Positions 40,728-53,130 of a stretch of DNA of 64,000 bases are shown one piece after another. The notes beneath the pieces were generated by a model. That model was not told the origin of the DNA and made no database searches. It saw nothing but the letters and a program-made list of their open reading frames with translations. The DNA comes from Ophelia neglecta. Taxonomy: Eukaryota. Both the position numbers and the translations under genes were made by a program. Each line of letters starts with the position of its first letter. Position 1 is the stretch's first letter. The DNA is taken from assembly GCA_965285935.1 (NCBI GenBank), contig OZ260664.1:88350001-88414000 (forward strand). Direction: 5' to 3'.

Positions 40728-41047
40728 TAATCAAGCTGATCAAAAGGCAGCAGAGATTAGATTGCTATACATCTAAGTAAGGTTAAACTATTGATAAAAG
40801 GATAAAATTCCTCATACATGATATTTTACTCCTCAAGTTGTTGGAAGGTTTGTTTCAAACAACATATTGGGTATTAATATACATAATTATATATTCCTGC
40901 CTTATATATATAACTGAACAAAGTTCTGGTCAGTACAAACCGTCCATGTATAGACAAATTACATTAAAGTTGATTAAAATGATAACTTGATCATAAATCT
41001 TTGGAGGGAAACCAATAAGAGTAGGTAAGACATAAATCAATGCCATT

Positions 41048-41143
41048 TCTTACCCGTCGTTGTCTACAAGTTAAATGGATACTCACCTGAAACAGAAAGA
41101 AAAATACATTAATAGGAGAGACAACAGACAAAGACAATAGATG
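41048..41143 (-). other. Candidate recursive splice site (AG|GTGAGT) with 33-nt RS-exon (41054-41086)
   Basis: Minus strand reads CATCTATTGTCTTTGTCTGTTGTCTCTCCTATTAATGTATTTTTCTTTCTGTTTCAG|GTGAGTATCCATTTAACTTGTAGACAACGACGG|GTAAGA: ~55-nt AG-free pyrimidine-rich zone, branch-like TTAAT, CAG acceptor, immediate GTGAGT donor, and a second donor 33 nt downstream. Confidence 0.62.
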
Positions 41144-41145
41144 TA

Positions 41146-41298
41146 CAGTGGAACCCCTCATGAGAGTCCTCCAAACATGAGGTCTTACAAGAGGGGTGCT
41201 ATCTCATCAGTGGTTGAAATACATGGCAGGTATAGCAAATAGTTTAGCAAGAGTGGTTTCAGCCATTGTTGGGTGGTCTTTCATCAAGGGTTCCATTG
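41146..41298. mobile_element. 153-bp pogo-type MITE
   Basis: TA|CAGTGGAACCC...GGGTTCCATTG|TA, with GGTGGTCT-like internal motifs. Confidence 0.7.
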
Positions 41299-43733
41299 TA
41301 CACAGCTATAGTCATTGACAGGTTAATGTATATGATCTAACTGAAATTATTAATATTAAATAGTCTGTGATAGACAACCTACTTGAAGTGACTATTAACC
41401 TTGTCACTAGATCAATAATACATTATCCTGGCACTCGCGGTTAACAATAGCTCGAGACATATGACACGCTTGGTTAGAGCTGGGGTGGCCTATGACACGG
41501 TTGATTAGACCTGGTGTGGCCTTGGAATAAAATGGGGCACTCGTTTATTTAAAGTTCAATATCCTTTAGTCAGAAGCATTCGACAGATCTATAAATATTG
41601 CAATTCTGATATCTGGGCACTGTTTACCTATAGCACCGTTTTTCATGGCTTTCAACACTTTAAACAAAGCATCGTAGGGATAACCTCTACAAAAAAAACC
41701 TACTTATATTTACCTGAAAACTATCAGTTGTGGCCTATACAAGTATGTTGGTGATATTTTTTTTGGTTACACAAACTCCTAAAAACACTGGTAGTGGTGT
41801 GTTTACCGTTTATCAGACACTGATAACTCTATATAATTATTTTATCAAATACTGGTAGGTATTGAAGCTAACATCAAACTGCTAGACGGAGTTTAATAAA
41901 AACCTGTACAGTCCAACGTCAAGGTCAACTGAAGTTTAAAAATAAATAGGGGACATAGGCCAAATCGCAAAAAAAGATGATTTGGTCTAGAAAAAAAAAT
42001 TCAAAATCCCTTGTTACTTTTTATTGCATATTAACTTTTATCAAATACTGGTAATTGCATATTTACTTCTATCAAACGCTGGTTACTGCCCAATTACTTT
42101 TATCAAGTGGCTATTATTTGACAATAATTCAAATCTCTCTTTTTACGTGACCTCACTTTGTACTGGTTTCTAAATGCTGGAAACTTATAAACCAGACATT
42201 ACCCAGGGATTATGTGAGTGTGAGAAGAAGCAATAATTAATTGATGAATGCTCACTAACTTCTTTACGAGTGCGAGTTTGCCTTGAAAATTTCGATGAAA
42301 AGTCAATCAACTACAACATAATGATTTGACCTTCAGGTATTTAATAATACCGTGCTTCAAAGGTGAGCCATTATAGTACAGATATCGAACAAATAAGACC
42401 AAACATAAACCATCGATAGACAACCCAGGTGCAGAATGCCATAAAATATCTTTAATATGCTTTTAATGCCAAGTCTGCAGATTATTTATTATATAATAAA
42501 AAGTAATGTCCACCACATTCTAGGTGAGAATGGTTGTAACTTCTGGGGCAGGTGGGGAATTAGATAATTCTGACTATAACAAGCCCAGTGAATCACAATT
42601 AATGTCAGCCAGAAGATGGAAAGTGACATGAAAGTGGACAATATCTACTACAAGGTGACAGGTCACTAATGGGGGAGGCAGATGCAGGGGAGAGTGGCCT
42701 CAGGGGGAGAAAAGGTAGATGGGAGGGTGGGGAGATTGCGGGGGAGGGACGGGGGGGGGGGATTGAAAGGGCTAGAAGTAGAAAGTGTGGGAAAGGCCAA
42801 AGTGAGACTACTGGAGAGTGAGGTCATGCAGGGGTCAGTGGAACACAGAGAGGCCAATGGACACTAGTATGGAGGACTATGGTGATATTAAACAGGTGTA
42901 GGAAGCAGTGAGAGGGGCAATTACAAAGTGGCACACCAGGAAGAAACCACCCATGGACTACAAAACACTCAGAAGTAACACAGAGAGCAATCTCCCATGG
43001 ACATCAAAAACTACTCAGATAGCACTGTGAACAACCTTCCACAGGCCACAGGAACTCTATTGATCAATCAATCCACACAATCAATTGATCAATCAATTCG
43101 CACAATCAATTGATCAATCAATCTTTATTCATTCAAAAAAGCAACTGAGTATTTATGGCCCATGCTTCTGGTCTTTCACAGTAAAAACAAAGTTATGAGC
43201 CAATAATGTTATCAGCATTTGTGAAACACAGGAACCTGCTCCTTATTGTGGCACATAACATATACTCTAACTCTGCAGTCTAGCCCACACCGGAAGGCTT
43301 CAATGAAGATGTGCTGCGGCTGAGGGCATCAAAACCCAAGTTGTAGACCTGAGATGCTTGAACTCAGACACTGTGATTGTCATCAGAGGACACTCCGCGT
43401 CCTTTTCTCATTAAAAAAATGTTAAATGACACCGCTCACTAAATACCTGCTGAATTAAGTAACTGCACCCCGGAAGCAGGGGAATTAAAGCTCACAAACA
43501 CTTGGAGTGGCGCTGGACAGCTTTTTTGCAGACAGACACACTGTGAACAAGGCAGTCAATTAAGGGGCTGGCCTTGGCAGATGGTAGAATGAAGATCAGG
43601 TGAAAAGAAACAGAAAATATACAGAAGAATACAACAAATTTACAAAAAATATGGACAAAATACAGAAAAAATATAAGGTATGACTTTTAAAGATACTTTG
43701 AAGATGGCCCTTGGGGCTGTAATGTAGTAGGAA

Positions 43734-44044
43734 GGTTAGGGCGTCCACCTCACAAGTGGGAGATCGGGGTTCGAAGCTCGATCGCGTCAAACCTAAGACG
43801 TAAAAATAGGTACTGATAGCTCCCCTGCCAGGCGCCCGGTATCTCGGGGGTAGTATCAGGACTGGCCAACCCGGTGTCAGTATAATGTGACTGAGTGGGG
43901 TTCCCTGTCTGGTGTCTACGGCAGGTACTCCAGTGAGGCAGCACTCTAAAGAGGGCATTGGGCCCACTGTCACAAGTAGGCACAGTGGCGATATGACCGA
44001 TAAGTGTTGAAAGCCACGTAAAAACCCCAAACAACAACAACAAC
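43734..44044 (+). mobile_element. tRNA-derived SINE (A box truncated)
   Basis: B-box-like GGTTCGAAGCT, core GGTGTCAGTATAATGTGACTGAGTGG...CAGTGAGGCAGCACTCTAAA, 3' end TGTTGAAAGCCACGTAAAAACCCCAAA(CAA)n. Confidence 0.9.
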
Positions 44045-44150
44045 CATATTCATAGTGATTTATCATACATTAAAACTATACTACTTAATATACGAAGAGA
44101 TCAGCAACAAATAATTGAAACATGTTAAACAGGACCTGATCCAGCAGCCG

Positions 44151-44371
44151 GGCCCAGTGTCTATAAGCTGTCTTGAGTTAAGGGATGAGTTTAGCCTATA
44201 ACCAATTAGCTGGGACAGTATAAATCGGTTTTTCAGGATTAAGTTTAGACCAAATTTAGAAGGTGTAAGTTCAAACCAGCTTCCTGAAACCCCAATTAGC
44301 AAGTTAAGACCATTGAAGCACTTTTATTCTGACTTTAATCTGAGTTAGGGCTGCTTCCTGAAACATGTACC
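44151..44371. mobile_element. Dispersed repeat family C copy (duplicated at 46970-47190)
   Basis: Inverted homology to 38484-38703. Confidence 0.55.
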
Positions 44372-46552
44372 TAGTTAACTAGACTGAAAAAATCCCAGGC
44401 CATCTTTCCCTCCAAGCGGTAGTGCTGTACACGGTGGTCCCCTCTCATACACGGACATGACCCACTAGCCCGTTAAGTCCTAGTCCAAACCATTAGTCTT
44501 CATTAGGTATTTTCCGAGACCTTTAATTTCCTGTCAGTCACATGTATCAGTCAGGCCATGGCCCCATCAACCTGACCATCCACACCCCATACCATCAAAA
44601 TAACCGCCTTAAATCTGAAGCACAAACTGCATACATGAATATAACCAAGGCTTGCCACTCTCCAGGTCTGGGCAGGAGGCTTCTCTTGATATGTCCTGGG
44701 GTAAGCTCTAAATATACAGTCATTTTCATATGGCAGGGAAACTACAATTTTTCTCTTCATTTAAAAAAAAATTATTTTTTTGCAAGTCTCTTTTATATGT
44801 CTGCTACAACCCCATATTTAGAAATTCATTATGCCTACAAATCACTCAATCAAATTTATCTAATTAAGTGTGGCTAAAAGCATGGCCCAGCAATCAAGTC
44901 ATTACTGCCCAATTACTTTTATCAAGTGGCTATTATTTGACAATAATTCAAATCTCTCTTTTTACGTGACCTCACTTTGTACTGGTTTCTAAATGCTGGA
45001 AACTTATAAACCAGACATTACCCAGGGATTATGTGAGTGTGAGAAGAAGCAATAATTAATTGATGAATGCTCACTAACTTCTTTACGAGTGCGAGTTTGC
45101 CTTGAAAATTTCGATGAAAAGTCAATCAACTACAACATAATGATTTGACCTTCAGGTATTTAATAATACCGTGCTTCAAAGGTGAGCCATTATAGTACAG
45201 ATATCGAACAAATAAGACCAAACATAAACCATCGATAGACAACCCAGGTGCAGAATGCCATAAAATATCTTTAATATGCTTTTAATGCCAAGTCTGCAGA
45301 TTATTTATTATATAATAAAAAGTAATGTCCACCACATTCTAGGTGAGAATGGTTGTAACTTCTGGGGCAGGTGGGGAATTAGATAATTCTGACTATAACA
45401 AGCCCAGTGAATCACAATTAATGTCAGCCAGAAGATGGAAAGTGACATGAAAGTGGACAATATCTACTACAAGGTGACAGGTCACTAATGGGGGAGGCAG
45501 ATGCAGGGGAGAGTGGCCTCAGGGGGAGAAAAGGTAGATGGGAGGGTGGGGAGATTGCGGGGGAGGGACGGGGGGGGGGGATTGAAAGGGCTAGAAGTAG
45601 AAAGTGTGGGAAAGGCCAAAGTGAGACTACTGGAGAGTGAGGTCATGCAGGGGTCAGTGGAACACAGAGAGGCCAATGGACACTAGTATGGAGGACTATG
45701 GTGATATTAAACAGGTGTAGGAAGCAGTGAGAGGGGCAATTACAAAGTGGCACACCAGGAAGAAACCACCCATGGACTACAAAACACTCAGAAGTAACAC
45801 AGAGAGCAATCTCCCATGGACATCAAAAACTACTCAGATAGCACTGTGAACAACCTTCCACAGGCCACAGGAACTCTATTGATCAATCAATCCACACAAT
45901 CAATTGATCAATCAATTCGCACAATCAATTGATCAATCAATCTTTATTCATTCAAAAAAGCAACTGAGTATTTATGGCCCATGCTTCTGGTCTTTCACAG
46001 TAAAAACAAAGTTATGAGCCAATAATGTTATCAGCATTTGTGAAACACAGGAACCTGCTCCTTATTGTGGCACATAACATATACTCTAACTCTGCAGTCT
46101 AGCCCACACCGGAAGGCTTCAATGAAGATGTGCTGCGGCTGAGGGCATCAAAACCCAAGTTGTAGACCTGAGATGCTTGAACTCAGACACTGTGATTGTC
46201 ATCAGAGGACACTCCGCGTCCTTTTCTCATTAAAAAAATGTTAAATGACACCGCTCACTAAATACCTGCTGAATTAAGTAACTGCACCCCGGAAGCAGGG
46301 GAATTAAAGCTCACAAACACTTGGAGTGGCGCTGGACAGCTTTTTTGCAGACAGACACACTGTGAACAAGGCAGTCAATTAAGGGGCTGGCCTTGGCAGA
46401 TGGTAGAATGAAGATCAGGTGAAAAGAAACAGAAAATATACAGAAGAATACAACAAATTTACAAAAAATATGGACAAAATACAGAAAAAATATAAGGTAT
46501 GACTTTTAAAGATACTTTGAAGATGGCCCTTGGGGCTGTAATGTAGTAGGAA

Positions 46553-46863
46553 GGTTAGGGCGTCCACCTCACAAGTGGGAGATCGGGGTTCGAAGCTCGA
46601 TCGCGTCAAACCTAAGACGTAAAAATAGGTACTGATAGCTCCCCTGCCAGGCGCCCGGTATCTCGGGGGTAGTATCAGGACTGGCCAACCCGGTGTCAGT
46701 ATAATGTGACTGAGTGGGGTTCCCTGTCTGGTGTCTACGGCAGGTACTCCAGTGAGGCAGCACTCTAAAGAGGGCATTGGGCCCACTGTCACAAGTAGGC
46801 ACAGTGGCGATATGACCGATAAGTGTTGAAAGCCACGTAAAAACCCCAAACAACAACAACAAC
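46553..46863 (+). mobile_element. tRNA-derived SINE (copy created by the tandem duplication)
   Basis: Matches 43734-44044 at offset 2819. Confidence 0.9.
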
Positions 46864-47804
46864 CATATTCATAGTGATTTATCATACATTAAAACTATAC
46901 TACTTAATATACGAAGAGATCAGCAACAAATAATTGAAACATGTTAAACAGGACCTGATCCAGCAGCCGGGCCCAGTGTCTATAAGCTGTCTTGAGTTAA
47001 GGGATGAGTTTAGCCTATAACCAATTAGCTGGGACAGTATAAATCGGTTTTTCAGGATTAAGTTTAGACCAAATTTAGAAGGTGTAAGTTCAAACCAGCT
47101 TCCTGAAACCCCAATTAGCAAGTTAAGACCATTGAAGCACTTTTATTCTGACTTTAATCTGAGTTAGGGCTGCTTCCTGAAACATGTACCTAGTTAACTA
47201 GACTGAAAAAATCCCAGGCCATCTTTCCCTCCAAGCGGTAGTGCTGTACACGGTGGTCCCCTCTCATACACGGACATGACCCACTAGCCCGTTAAGTCCT
47301 AGTCCAAACCATTAGTCTTCATTAGGTATTTTCCGAGACCTTTAATTTCCTGTCAGTCACATGTATCAGTCAGGCCATGGCCCCATCAACCTGACCATCC
47401 ACACCCCATACCATCAAAATAACCGCCTTAAATCTGAAGCACAAACTGCATACATGAATATAACCAAGGCTTGCCACTCTCCAGGTCTGGGCAGGAGGCT
47501 TCTCTTGATATGTCCTGGGGTAAGCTCTAAATATACAGTCATTTTCATATGGCAGGGAAACTACAATTTTTCTCTTCATTTAAAAAAAAATTATTTTTTT
47601 GCAAGTCTCTTTTATATGTCTGCTACAACCCCATATTTAGAAATTCATTATGCCTACAAATCACTCAATCAAATTTATCTAATTAAGTGTGGCTAAAAGC
47701 ATGGCCCAGCAATCAAGTCATTAATCTGAGTATGGTTCAATAGACAAATATATCTACAGCAGTGCTAATCCTCCATTCCAGGTTACAGTTTATACTCTCT
47801 GGAT

Positions 47805-48512
47805 TGCCGCTTTCCTTAATGCCATGGTTCTGACAGCCGCTGTCCTGACAGCCACTGTCCTGAATGGCACTGTCCTGAATGCCGCTGTCCTGAATGGCAC
47901 TGTCCTGACAGCCACTGTCCTGACAGCCGCTGTCCTGACAGCCGCTGTCCTGACAGCCCCTGTCCTGACAGCCCCTGTCCTGACAGCCAATGTCCTGACA
48001 GCCACTGTCCTGAATGCCGCTGTCCTGACAGCCGCTGTCCTGACAGCCGCTGTCCTGACAGCCACTGTCCTGAATGCCACTGTCCTGACTGCCGCTGTCC
48101 TGACAGCCACTGTCCTGAATGGCACTGTCCTGAATGCCGCTGTCCTGACAGCCACTGTCCTGACAGCCGCTGTCCTGAATGGCACTGTCCTGACAGCCGC
48201 TGTCCTGAATGGCACTGTCCTGACAGCCACTGTCCTGACAGCCGCTGTCCTGAATGGCACTGTCCTGAATGCCGCTGTCCTGAATGGCACTGTCCTGACA
48301 GCCACTGTCCTGACAGCCACTGTCCTGACAGCCACTGTCCTGAATGCCGCTGTCCTGGCAGCGGCTGTCCTGACAGCCACTGTCCTGACTGCCGCTATCC
48401 TGAATGCCGCTATCCTGGCAGCCGCTGTCCTGACAGCCACTGTCCTGAATGCCACTGAGAGCCACTGTCTTCCTGTCCTTATGGCTGCTGTCCTGATCTC
48501 AGCTGTCCTGTC
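47805..48512. repeat. 15-bp minisatellite (CTGTCCTGACAGCC[A/G] / CTGTCCTGAATG[C/G]C[A/G]), ~44 units
   Basis: Direct reading; 5-aa periodic ORFs in three frames. Confidence 0.97.
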
Positions 48513-49254
48513 TCTGAAGAGTTGACTTACCACACTAGCGTTTACATTGGACCACATGCAGGAGGTGGTCTTGTGTTAATAAACTTAGTGTTTTGTATAT
48601 GACAGCTGTTATCAGAGCCACACAACAGGTTCAGATCTATATGACACCTGTCACATATGTCACACACAGCTCACAAAGAGGGGTTTGGCGTACATAGTAC
48701 ATGATAGTTTTTTATACCACCCAGTAACAACTGTCTAGGATTAGCCCAGCATCCATGACAGGAGTTCTAGCAGCCCACAGGCGGGCGGCATGCCAACAAC
48801 TTAACCACCCAGCCACAGGCCAGTTCTCAACCACTTGGCGTTTCTGAGTATTTTATATCAAATTTCATTCACACAGATTTACACCAATCGGGTTTTGATG
48901 TTTATCCCGTCTCGTCTATATGTATGCCAGCGGGGAATATCAGCAGGTAGTCCACTCTCTCTATAGCTCATCTGTAATATCTCAGACCAACCTTGGGGCC
49001 TGTCTGAAAATCATGGACTGAATGACCTAACTCATGGCCTTTTTCCAATTCCGATTTTTAAAACCTCATCTTTACTCCATCAGAATCTCCAAAAAAGACC
49101 CTGAGTTACACCTTATGTAGATGCTAGAGAGCGGCTGGCAGATCTAGAGTCTTACATGAAGGAGAGGGAGTCCATTTTGACCCATACAGTGTGTGATAGG
49201 TGCCCCCACCAGGGATATGTCTTGAGACTAGACCCCAGAGTTCAGACCGACCAG

Positions 49255-49486
49255 ACACCTATCCAACCCTGTTCCCACTGGGGTTGGACACCCAACCAAC
49301 CCTGTTCCCACTGGGGTTGGACACCCAACCAACCCTGTTCCCACTGGGGTTGGACACCCATCCAACCCTGTTCCCACTGGGGTTGGACACCCATCCAACC
49401 CTGTTCCCACTGGGGTTGGACACCCATGGGGTTGAACACCCATCCAACCCTGCTCCCTCTGGGGTTGGACACCCATCCAACCCTGC
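49255..49486. repeat. 33-bp minisatellite (ACACCCATCCAACCCTGTTCCCACTGGGGTTGG), ~7 units
   Basis: Direct reading. Confidence 0.94.
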
Positions 49487-50159
49487 TGAGATGCCGTATA
49501 CAGTAACAGGCAGAGAAATCTGCCTGCTGACCCTCCCCCCTCCCCTCCCTCCCTCCACTTTAAATCCTGCAGTAAGACTTAGGTATATTACAGTGATGGT
49601 ATACATGTCTGCCAGAACCTCATAGCACACAGTAAAAAACTGTTTTCATGTTTTCATTTTTTTTTGGTTCCAGACAAAAAATGGAAAAACAATTTGTTCT
49701 TACATTTTTCTTTCCCACTTGGGCACACCCAACAGGCTTAAACCATCATACGCCCCCAAACACTAACGACCACATGCTAAAGGTTACATATAAATGTGAT
49801 CCTATTTATGTGTTTAAGAATTACTACCAGAAGATGGTCTCACTGGGAGCCACCTTTAGACACTTCTCCTTGAAAGCCTGGTTGATTTCTGGTACTTGGA
49901 TTAGGAGGGTGGAGGAATGATAAATGGAAAGGTATTTTTACCTGACATACATTTTCCTGTACCCTTGCCAATACAGGTACATTGATATTGGGTTCTGATA
50001 AGGCTGTATCAGCTCACGCTAACATTGCCACCTAGTTTGGGAGTTTTTCAGAACACACGTGGCCGTATGGTTGTTTATAACAGGTAGCTGAGGTGACTGA
50101 ACTCGTACATCTCCAGGTACTTACATATGTATAACATACCATGGCCTCACTCTTACTAA

Positions 50160-50642
50160 AGTGGCAGAGAAAAGGGAGGGAGAAGAAATGGTGAAAAAAA
50201 AGGAGGACCTGATGGACAGAAGAAATGATGGAGAGAAAAAAGGATGGGAAGTAAGAAGAGAAGCAGTAATTAAGAGAGGTTTTGATGGAGGGAAGGATAA
50301 TGACTGCGGTGGGTTGAATCGAGAAGAAGGGATGATGAAAGGATGGAGAAGAGGGAGGATGGAGAAAGATGGAAGGAATGACAGATGAAGAAAAGGCAGG
50401 ATGTTGAGAAGAGAGGATAAAGGAAGGAAGGCAGGAGAAGGAGACACGGAGAGGAGCAAGATGAACTGACATGAGGAGATGAAGAAAGGATGAAGAAATG
50501 GGAGAAATAAAAGAAATGAAATAAAGGATGGTGAAAGGAACGATGGAGAAAAGAACGATGGAGAAAGGAAGTATGGAGACAAAATTGGATGGAAATAAAT
50601 TAATAATGATAGAAAGAAAGGGGATGGAAAGAAGAAAGGACA
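50160..50642 (+). repeat. ~480-bp purine-rich (GA) low-complexity tract
   Basis: Overwhelmingly A/G on the + strand; produces F/S/L/P-rich ORFs on the minus strand. Confidence 0.85.
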
Positions 50643-51779
50643 ACACTAGCTCACCTCAGGCGATATTTTTTAAGGAAAGCCGGACTCATGAATTAGACTG
50701 GAGAGAACAGAAGATGAATGCACAGTGGGAATTTAGGAAATGAAGCAAAAGCAATTCTTCTAAACCTAAGAATGCATGTAATAAAAAGTATAAATGTATG
50801 TTCCTTTCTTGCCAAAGCCAACACTCGAACAAGAGATCAGCCTCAATTACCAGTTTCACCCTTTTTCTCCCCAACTGCTGACAGATCAAACTGTTTTAAG
50901 TTAGCACTGGGTAGCTCTACGGCCTCCTAAAACTGTGTGACATTTTCTGCCTTGCAGCCAAGGAGCAGTGCTCTGATTGTAGTTACCTCCAACCTGGCTG
51001 CTATACAGATCAGTTTTGTCACTTTTGATGTTGGTGTAATGGGAAACTCTCTTACCAATGCCAAATGAACGAGTTTCTTCATATACAACTTACACTTGAC
51101 ATTTCCATGTACATTTACCAGTCTGGGAAAACAAACACTTAGAAGTCTTAGTTGTATTAAAGAGAAATGTGATTTTGGGAAACAAGCAATTTGAAACAAT
51201 TAATCATTGATAAAAAAAAGATGCAATTTATGATAAAAATATATGTTTTATTTATAAACATTGAAAATTGATTACAAGAAGAGCAAACATCTGAATGACT
51301 GACTGTGTGGTTGATTGAAAACTGTCACTGTCAGGGAATGGAAGGACGCCGGGAGACTACAAAGAACGAGTAGCACGACGGGGAATGGCACGACAATCGA
51401 CTGCCAGCACCACCGGTAAAGACATCGCAAATTAGAGAAACCTGGGCGATAAACGGGACAGTCAGAACTCAGATATGTGTAATGAACCAAAAATACTGGG
51501 TCAAACAGTGATAGGTCAATCTATGGTCCTCTTCTTACCCCTTTTTGCCACATATACAAGCGTCATATCACCCATTTGTTCCCCTCCACTTGAACAGAGG
51601 CCATTGCCACTGCTCAACCACCAGTTTCTATCAATGAAGTCACTTGAGCAGTTTGGGTATTCTTATCATACGAGTTTCCCCTAGTCGTGAGTCTAGCTAC
51701 AGCCATTGAAGAATTATGTCTTATGTCTTTCACTGCATTTCATTGAATGTGAAAGCTAGCTCCATATACCACTAAAAGA

Positions 51780-52096
51780 TTTGGTTGGTTGTTTGGGGTT
51801 TTACGTGGCTTTCAACACTTATCTGGTCATATCACCACTGTGCCTACTTGTGACAGTGGGCTCAATGCCCTCTTTAGAGTGCTGCCTCACTGGAGCACCT
51901 GCTGTAGACACCAGACAGGGAACCCCACCCAGTCACATTATACTGACAGTCCTGATACTACCCCCGAAATACCGGGCACCTGGTAGGGCAGCTATCAGTA
52001 CCTATCTTTAATTCTTAGGTTTGATGCGATTGGGATTTGAACCCCGATCTACCACTTGCGAGGCAGACGCTCTAACCACTCGGCCACGCTTTGGTG
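51780..52096 (-). mobile_element. Full-length tRNA-derived SINE with Pol III A and B boxes
   Basis: Minus strand: A box TGGCCGAGTGG (52076-52086), B box GGTTCAAATCC (52033-52043), shared core, (CAAC)n tail; candidate 11-bp TSD CCACTAAAAGA / CCACGAACAGA (9/11). Confidence 0.92.
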
Positions 52097-53130
52097 CCAC
52101 GAACAGAGCAAACTCTTCTGATAACACATGGACATGGAAATGAAAATAATAGACATGGTACCCAGTTCACAGAGATGCTCAACAGTATTTCTCCTTTTAT
52201 CTGAATCCTTTTATTAGTTAAGACACTGTGGTGCGAAAATAAAATGCTACATTAAATAGTTTCGCTTCTTCAGACTTATGGACATGGAATGAAACTGGTT
52301 TTCTACTGGAAGTTGGCCTTAATTAAAGAAATAAATATAAAAAATCAAGGGCTGGCACTGCCTCAAAACTGCCGACAGGTTTGTACCTCACGCTGCACCT
52401 GGCTAGCCTGCACCGCCCCCACCACGACATTAAAACTAGGTGCCTGCCCTGCCCCCAGTAAGGCATTGAATGTGACTTATGACAGGACCCAGCTGCCTGC
52501 CCCGCCCCCACCACACCATTAAATGTGACTTAGGACAGAACTCGACTGCCTGCACCATCCCCACCATGACATTAAACGCATACACTGCAATTTATATATT
52601 TTACGTCTTTCTGTCTATGAAACAACTAACTATGATAGTCTATTTTTCATACTACTTTGCCACTATATATTCAGCTAGGTGTATATTCAAACTACCAGGC
52701 GTCTATTTAAACTACCAGGCGTCTATTTATAGTAATGGCTATTTAATTATACTGGAGGATTATCAATAGAGTTTGAGACAGAAATATTTTGTTTCTGCCT
52801 CTAATTATTCATATTACTGGAATTCAACATAATTTGGGTGTGTGATGTATAAAAGGAATCAGAGTAATTTGGTTGTATACTTCCCCTGGAGATATAGTAC
52901 ATTGACACTGACATGGAGTTAGCTACAAGACATGGACAGCTACATTCAGTTACCAGTAAATGCCTGACTAAACACACACTATGAGAGTTATGTGAGAGAT
53001 GTGACATTAACAAGACGTTTCCTCTCAAATGGTCACCATCGTCCAATAACCTGATCATAACCTGCATACTGATCCTTCATTAAACATCCCAAGTGGCGCC
53101 TGGTGGAGACAGCACAGACTAGAGTGCCTC

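Larger units (their letters stand above)
42083..47723. repeat. 2,819-bp head-to-tail tandem duplication
   Basis: 42083-44901 repeated at 44902-47720; the ORF track gives identical peptides at offset 2819; TTA microhomology at 42083, 44902 and 47721. Confidence 0.97.

Noticed and set aside
43596-44066. ORFs shared among 30068-30460, 43596-44066, 46415-46885 and 51781-52011
   Set aside because: Antisense translations of SINE copies, not a gene family.
50032-50646. 204-aa hydrophobic ORF resembling a membrane protein
   Set aside because: Translation of a pyrimidine-rich low-complexity strand.
51333-51420. CpG-rich possible plus-strand exon
   Set aside because: Weak acceptor and donor (GTAAAG); no recognisable peptide.
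52020-52096. tRNA gene
   Set aside because: tRNA-like head continues directly into the SINE core; no proper acceptor stem or poly-T terminator.
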